The translations under genes and the position numbers were made by a program. Positions 60,552-64,000 of a stretch of DNA of 64,000 bases are shown here, in pieces (position 1 is the first letter of the stretch; every line of letters begins with the position of its first letter). This stretch comes from Macrostomum lignano (Eukaryota): positions 1 through 64,000 of the forward strand of contig NIVC01002677.1 of assembly GCA_002269645.1 (NCBI GenBank), given 5' to 3'. The notes under the pieces are model-generated. The model was given only the letters and a program-made list of their open reading frames with translations, searched no databases and was not told the origin of the DNA.

Positions 60552-63500
60552 GTACATTATAGTTTGGTAATAAAGGGCTAATGTTAAAATGAATTTTTCA
60601 TTTTCAATATAGAGAAGCTTTTAATTCCCTATGGTCAAGGACTTAAACAATAGTTACAAAAGTTTATAACAGCTATAAAAAGTTTATTAGCTATAAATAG
60701 GCCTATGGATATAGATACAAATAGGCTATAAGAAAATTTTTGTAATGTAGCTACAAATAATAGATATGGGAAAAATTTGGTTATGGCAGAACTCTAACAA
60801 AAAGTCATTATAAAATGCAAAGCCAATAAAATAAACTTTTTTAATTCTTAATTTTCAAATATTAGACCTAGTAATAATATATTAGTAAAGTTGGATTATA
60901 TAATATTAATAAGATTTAGAAAGTTATCTTTTAGTTTTTTATTCTATTTGATAAATCTAATTTATCCAAGAAAAAAATCTTAGTAGGTCTACTTTAAAAA
61001 AACTGATCAAACAAAAAGAAGTTATAAAACTATTTATAGGCCTATCTTAAATCTTCAATATTTTTATAGTGGGTTAGGGCTTATGCATAATAAATTTTGC
61101 TTTATTATAATATTATTATTAGGCACTGTGATATTTTTTGCCAAAAAAACTTTAATTGTGACTAGAATATTAATGAGATTATTTTTTAAAACCTATTTAT
61201 ACTCCTAAAAAGCCCTTAATATAGTATTTAATTATGCTTTTTTGGCCTTTTCATCATTAGGCCTATATATATTGATTGATAAAAATAAATCCAATACTAA
61301 TAGTACCAAAATAGCCAAAACCTTCAGAACAATGCTAAAACAGTCATTCTTAGGCCTAAAAAACATGGGGCTAGGTAGAGCCACAGAGTCAGAAAAACTA
61401 CTACAATTTTTTTATTTAATTTTTAGTATAGGCCTAACTAATGGCAATGTCTTTAATTCCATTTGCTTCTTGTAGTAGACAAAATATAGCATTAAAAGTT
61501 GTTTCCTAACTGGGGACAACAAAGCTACCTTGTTGAAAAATTATAAAGTGATAATTTTGTCAAAATTTCATCTTAATATTTGCCTAATGCTAATAAAAGA
61601 AAACTCATAATTGTAGACATATATCTTAGATATACCTGTAGTCATAGATAGAGTATTTTTGTTTTTGTTTTGCCATAGATAAAATATTTGTTTTTTATTA
61701 TGATTGGATTTTTAGGCCTAATATTTTAATTTTTAACTTGGTGATACTGATAACTGACACTAGGTTTATAGGCTAGCTAGCCTAGGTCATAATTAATTAA
61801 GTGATTAAATTTAGGATTGATAACGCTGCTGTACAAAAAATGTTACATTGAATAAACTTGTGACAATGTAAACAAATTCCTGACAATGAGATATTACAAT
61901 ATTACAGGCGCTTTACAGATTAGAAAAATCAAAACAATGATACATTGATAGTATACAACACGGACGTAATCAAACAATTTTTCCGTCTGAGTAATTCGAA
62001 ACAATTTATGGAACTTCATAAATTTAGTTTAAAAAAACAAAACTGGCTATAAAAAATGTATGCTCTTTCGTAATTTTTACCCCTTCCCCCAGTGTCACGA
62101 AAAAAGAAAATAGATAAAGAGTTTACCTTAAAAATGGGCTGGGATGTTACGCGTAGAATTCTTTTACCGATCTGTTACAGGAGATCCGTGGTTAATTTAG
62201 AAGATTTTAATTGAGGACTATTAATTAGAAGATAGTATCACAACAAGGACTACTTAAGAAACAGTTGTTAAGTAGTCCTTGTATCACAATTGCATCAATC
62301 AGAGGGAGAAACGCAAAGCTCACATTTTATATCAATTTTCGTTTCAATGCATTGAGAAGTTGTCGTAGCAGTATCTTTGAAGCTTTAACGATCAGTTGAT
62401 TTTATTCCCGGAACAACGGGAATCGATGCTATCGACATATATGAAAAACAGGGCCACACATGCATTTTACCATACCTATATATTCAGAATTGCATTGCAT
62501 AATTTATATAATATACAATAACACGTACATTACTCTTGTGTTATGGATGTGCAATGCAGCCGCAGTAAATACGAACGTATGCTGAGTTGGACAAGTCAAC
62601 ATGTAACGGTTAATGATTATAAACAAAAATAAACATATACATGTAGAGCTTGAAAAACTGGAACTAGATCAAATCAAATCCTTTGAAGTGGAGAGATCCA
62701 CCCTTAGTTAAGTTAATTGGTTTTATGTTATAATTAGAAAATATTCATCTTCTCTGAGTGTATAACAGTCGCATTAGCATGATCTTTCAAAGCCTTACCA
62801 TTGCTTGTCACACGTAACTATCGCTGGTATAGGTAGCAGGATCTCAGACAGTATAAAATCATGTGGGTTTAAAGTCACTACTGACATAATTTGATTAACA
62901 TACGCATAAAGTGGCAAAATACGAACGCATGAGTGCTAGGCGTGCAGGATACAACAGGAAGTGCTGGATCCTGTACCCATGACTCATTAGGCAGTTTAAT
63001 ATTGAGGCTGGGAGGAAGCAGAAATGAAATACGATGCCAATCAAGCCAAATCCATGCCATACATGAATCTAAATTAACCTGCTTTAATTACATGTATGCT
63101 GGAGGTGTAAGCCGCAGAAGCCCCCTGCAGAATCCATTAATACATGCAATTACAGAACCACAGATACTATATAACATATAAACTATATAGCATATTATAT
63201 AGTATCTGTGTACAGAACTGATCTTACCCTCACAGAAGCATGCAGTCATTTCTCACTTAGCTTTTAGACTCCTGTAATTGTCAGGAAGTGTCCTTATCGA
63301 GTTATTTCATTGGAAATATTCAATTTTCATCAAGAAGAATTTAAAGTGCATCCGGAATTTAAAGTGCATCCGGAGCAATTATACAATAATATTTTGCATA
63401 CAATACAACTATCGCAAGAGGCCAGGCAAGGCGCAAAGTTCAGCTGCAGCAGATTAATAAATATATTCGTTGGCTTCATCTGAACTCCCAGAAGGCTCTC

Positions 63501-64000
63501 TACTGAGTAACCATGCACCGAAAAGTGCATATATGCTACTCTCAAATTCCATAAGACGGTCCATATTTTCTACGAGTCAAGCTCTGGCTGATATTCAATC
63601 AATGAAATGCATCGATAAAGCGCCAGAGCCTTGTCTGCATTCGGGAGTCGGGTGCCGAATCCCTGTGCACTCATCCATTATCTGCAGACACAAATATCCC
63701 TGTGTCAATAGAGAGCTAGTAGTAGAGGAAATTCCGTGTGGTCTAGTGAGAGTACATAGGCCGCGTGTGTTTGCAGGCAGGGGCGGGACTCCACGGAAAT
63801 TCCGTGTGTGAAGATTTTAATGCATACATAAGAAAGTCTTCCAGCTATGTACTCATAAGCACACATTGGTCGAAAACATAGCATCCTGTGATACAGTAAC
63901 ACATGTGCCTCCAATTTTAAGCATTGACTATAACTTTAATCTTGTAATTTGCCTTTCTGGGAAATGCAGAATGACTCTGAAGGTGAAAAAGTGCCTGGTA

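Noticed and set aside
62878-63914. Short ORFs at the right end
   Set aside because: No recognisable motif, multiple stops in adjacent frames and no consistent splice structure.

Overview
Eukaryotic (metazoan) genomic DNA. GC-rich exons with poly-Ala/poly-Gln, GT-AG introns filled with minisatellites and a CsRn1-clade gypsy element suggest a repeat-rich flatworm such as Macrostomum; this is an inference and no search was run. Five host genes could be reconstructed by hand. (1) PNO1/DIM2 (minus, intronless, 1642-2349), broken by three single-base frameshifts that look like long-read errors. (2) 4E-BP (minus, 15644-15979). (3) An HR96/NR1J-type nuclear receptor (plus, 4 coding exons, 20161-23928, about 659 aa). 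(4) A probably GPI-anchored acetylcholinesterase (plus, 6 exons, 36643-47605, about 734 aa). (5) A group I PAK kinase (minus, 4 coding exons, 53788-58732, about 547 aa). A full-length but inactivated 4.25 kb Ty3/Gypsy LTR retrotransposon with a 4-bp TSD lies at 6527-10774. There are several hAT and Tc1-type MITEs and about 30 distinct tandem arrays, including a 5.6 kb 33-bp satellite. There is no CRISPR array, rRNA or intact tRNA, and most long ORFs in the track are artefacts of stop-free repeats. The most interesting leads are: the cholinesterase carries Ser and Trp at the positions of the insecticide-resistance substitutions G119S and F331W; TAGGCCTA and TACATGTA palindromes form dense clusters in AT-rich DNA; an intronic array of perfect AGGTCA DR1/DR4 elements lies near a nuclear receptor gene; almost every intron has its own minisatellite; and the retroelement shows CpG-type decay. 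I found no clear-cut new multi-gene system. All counts and alignments were done by eye.
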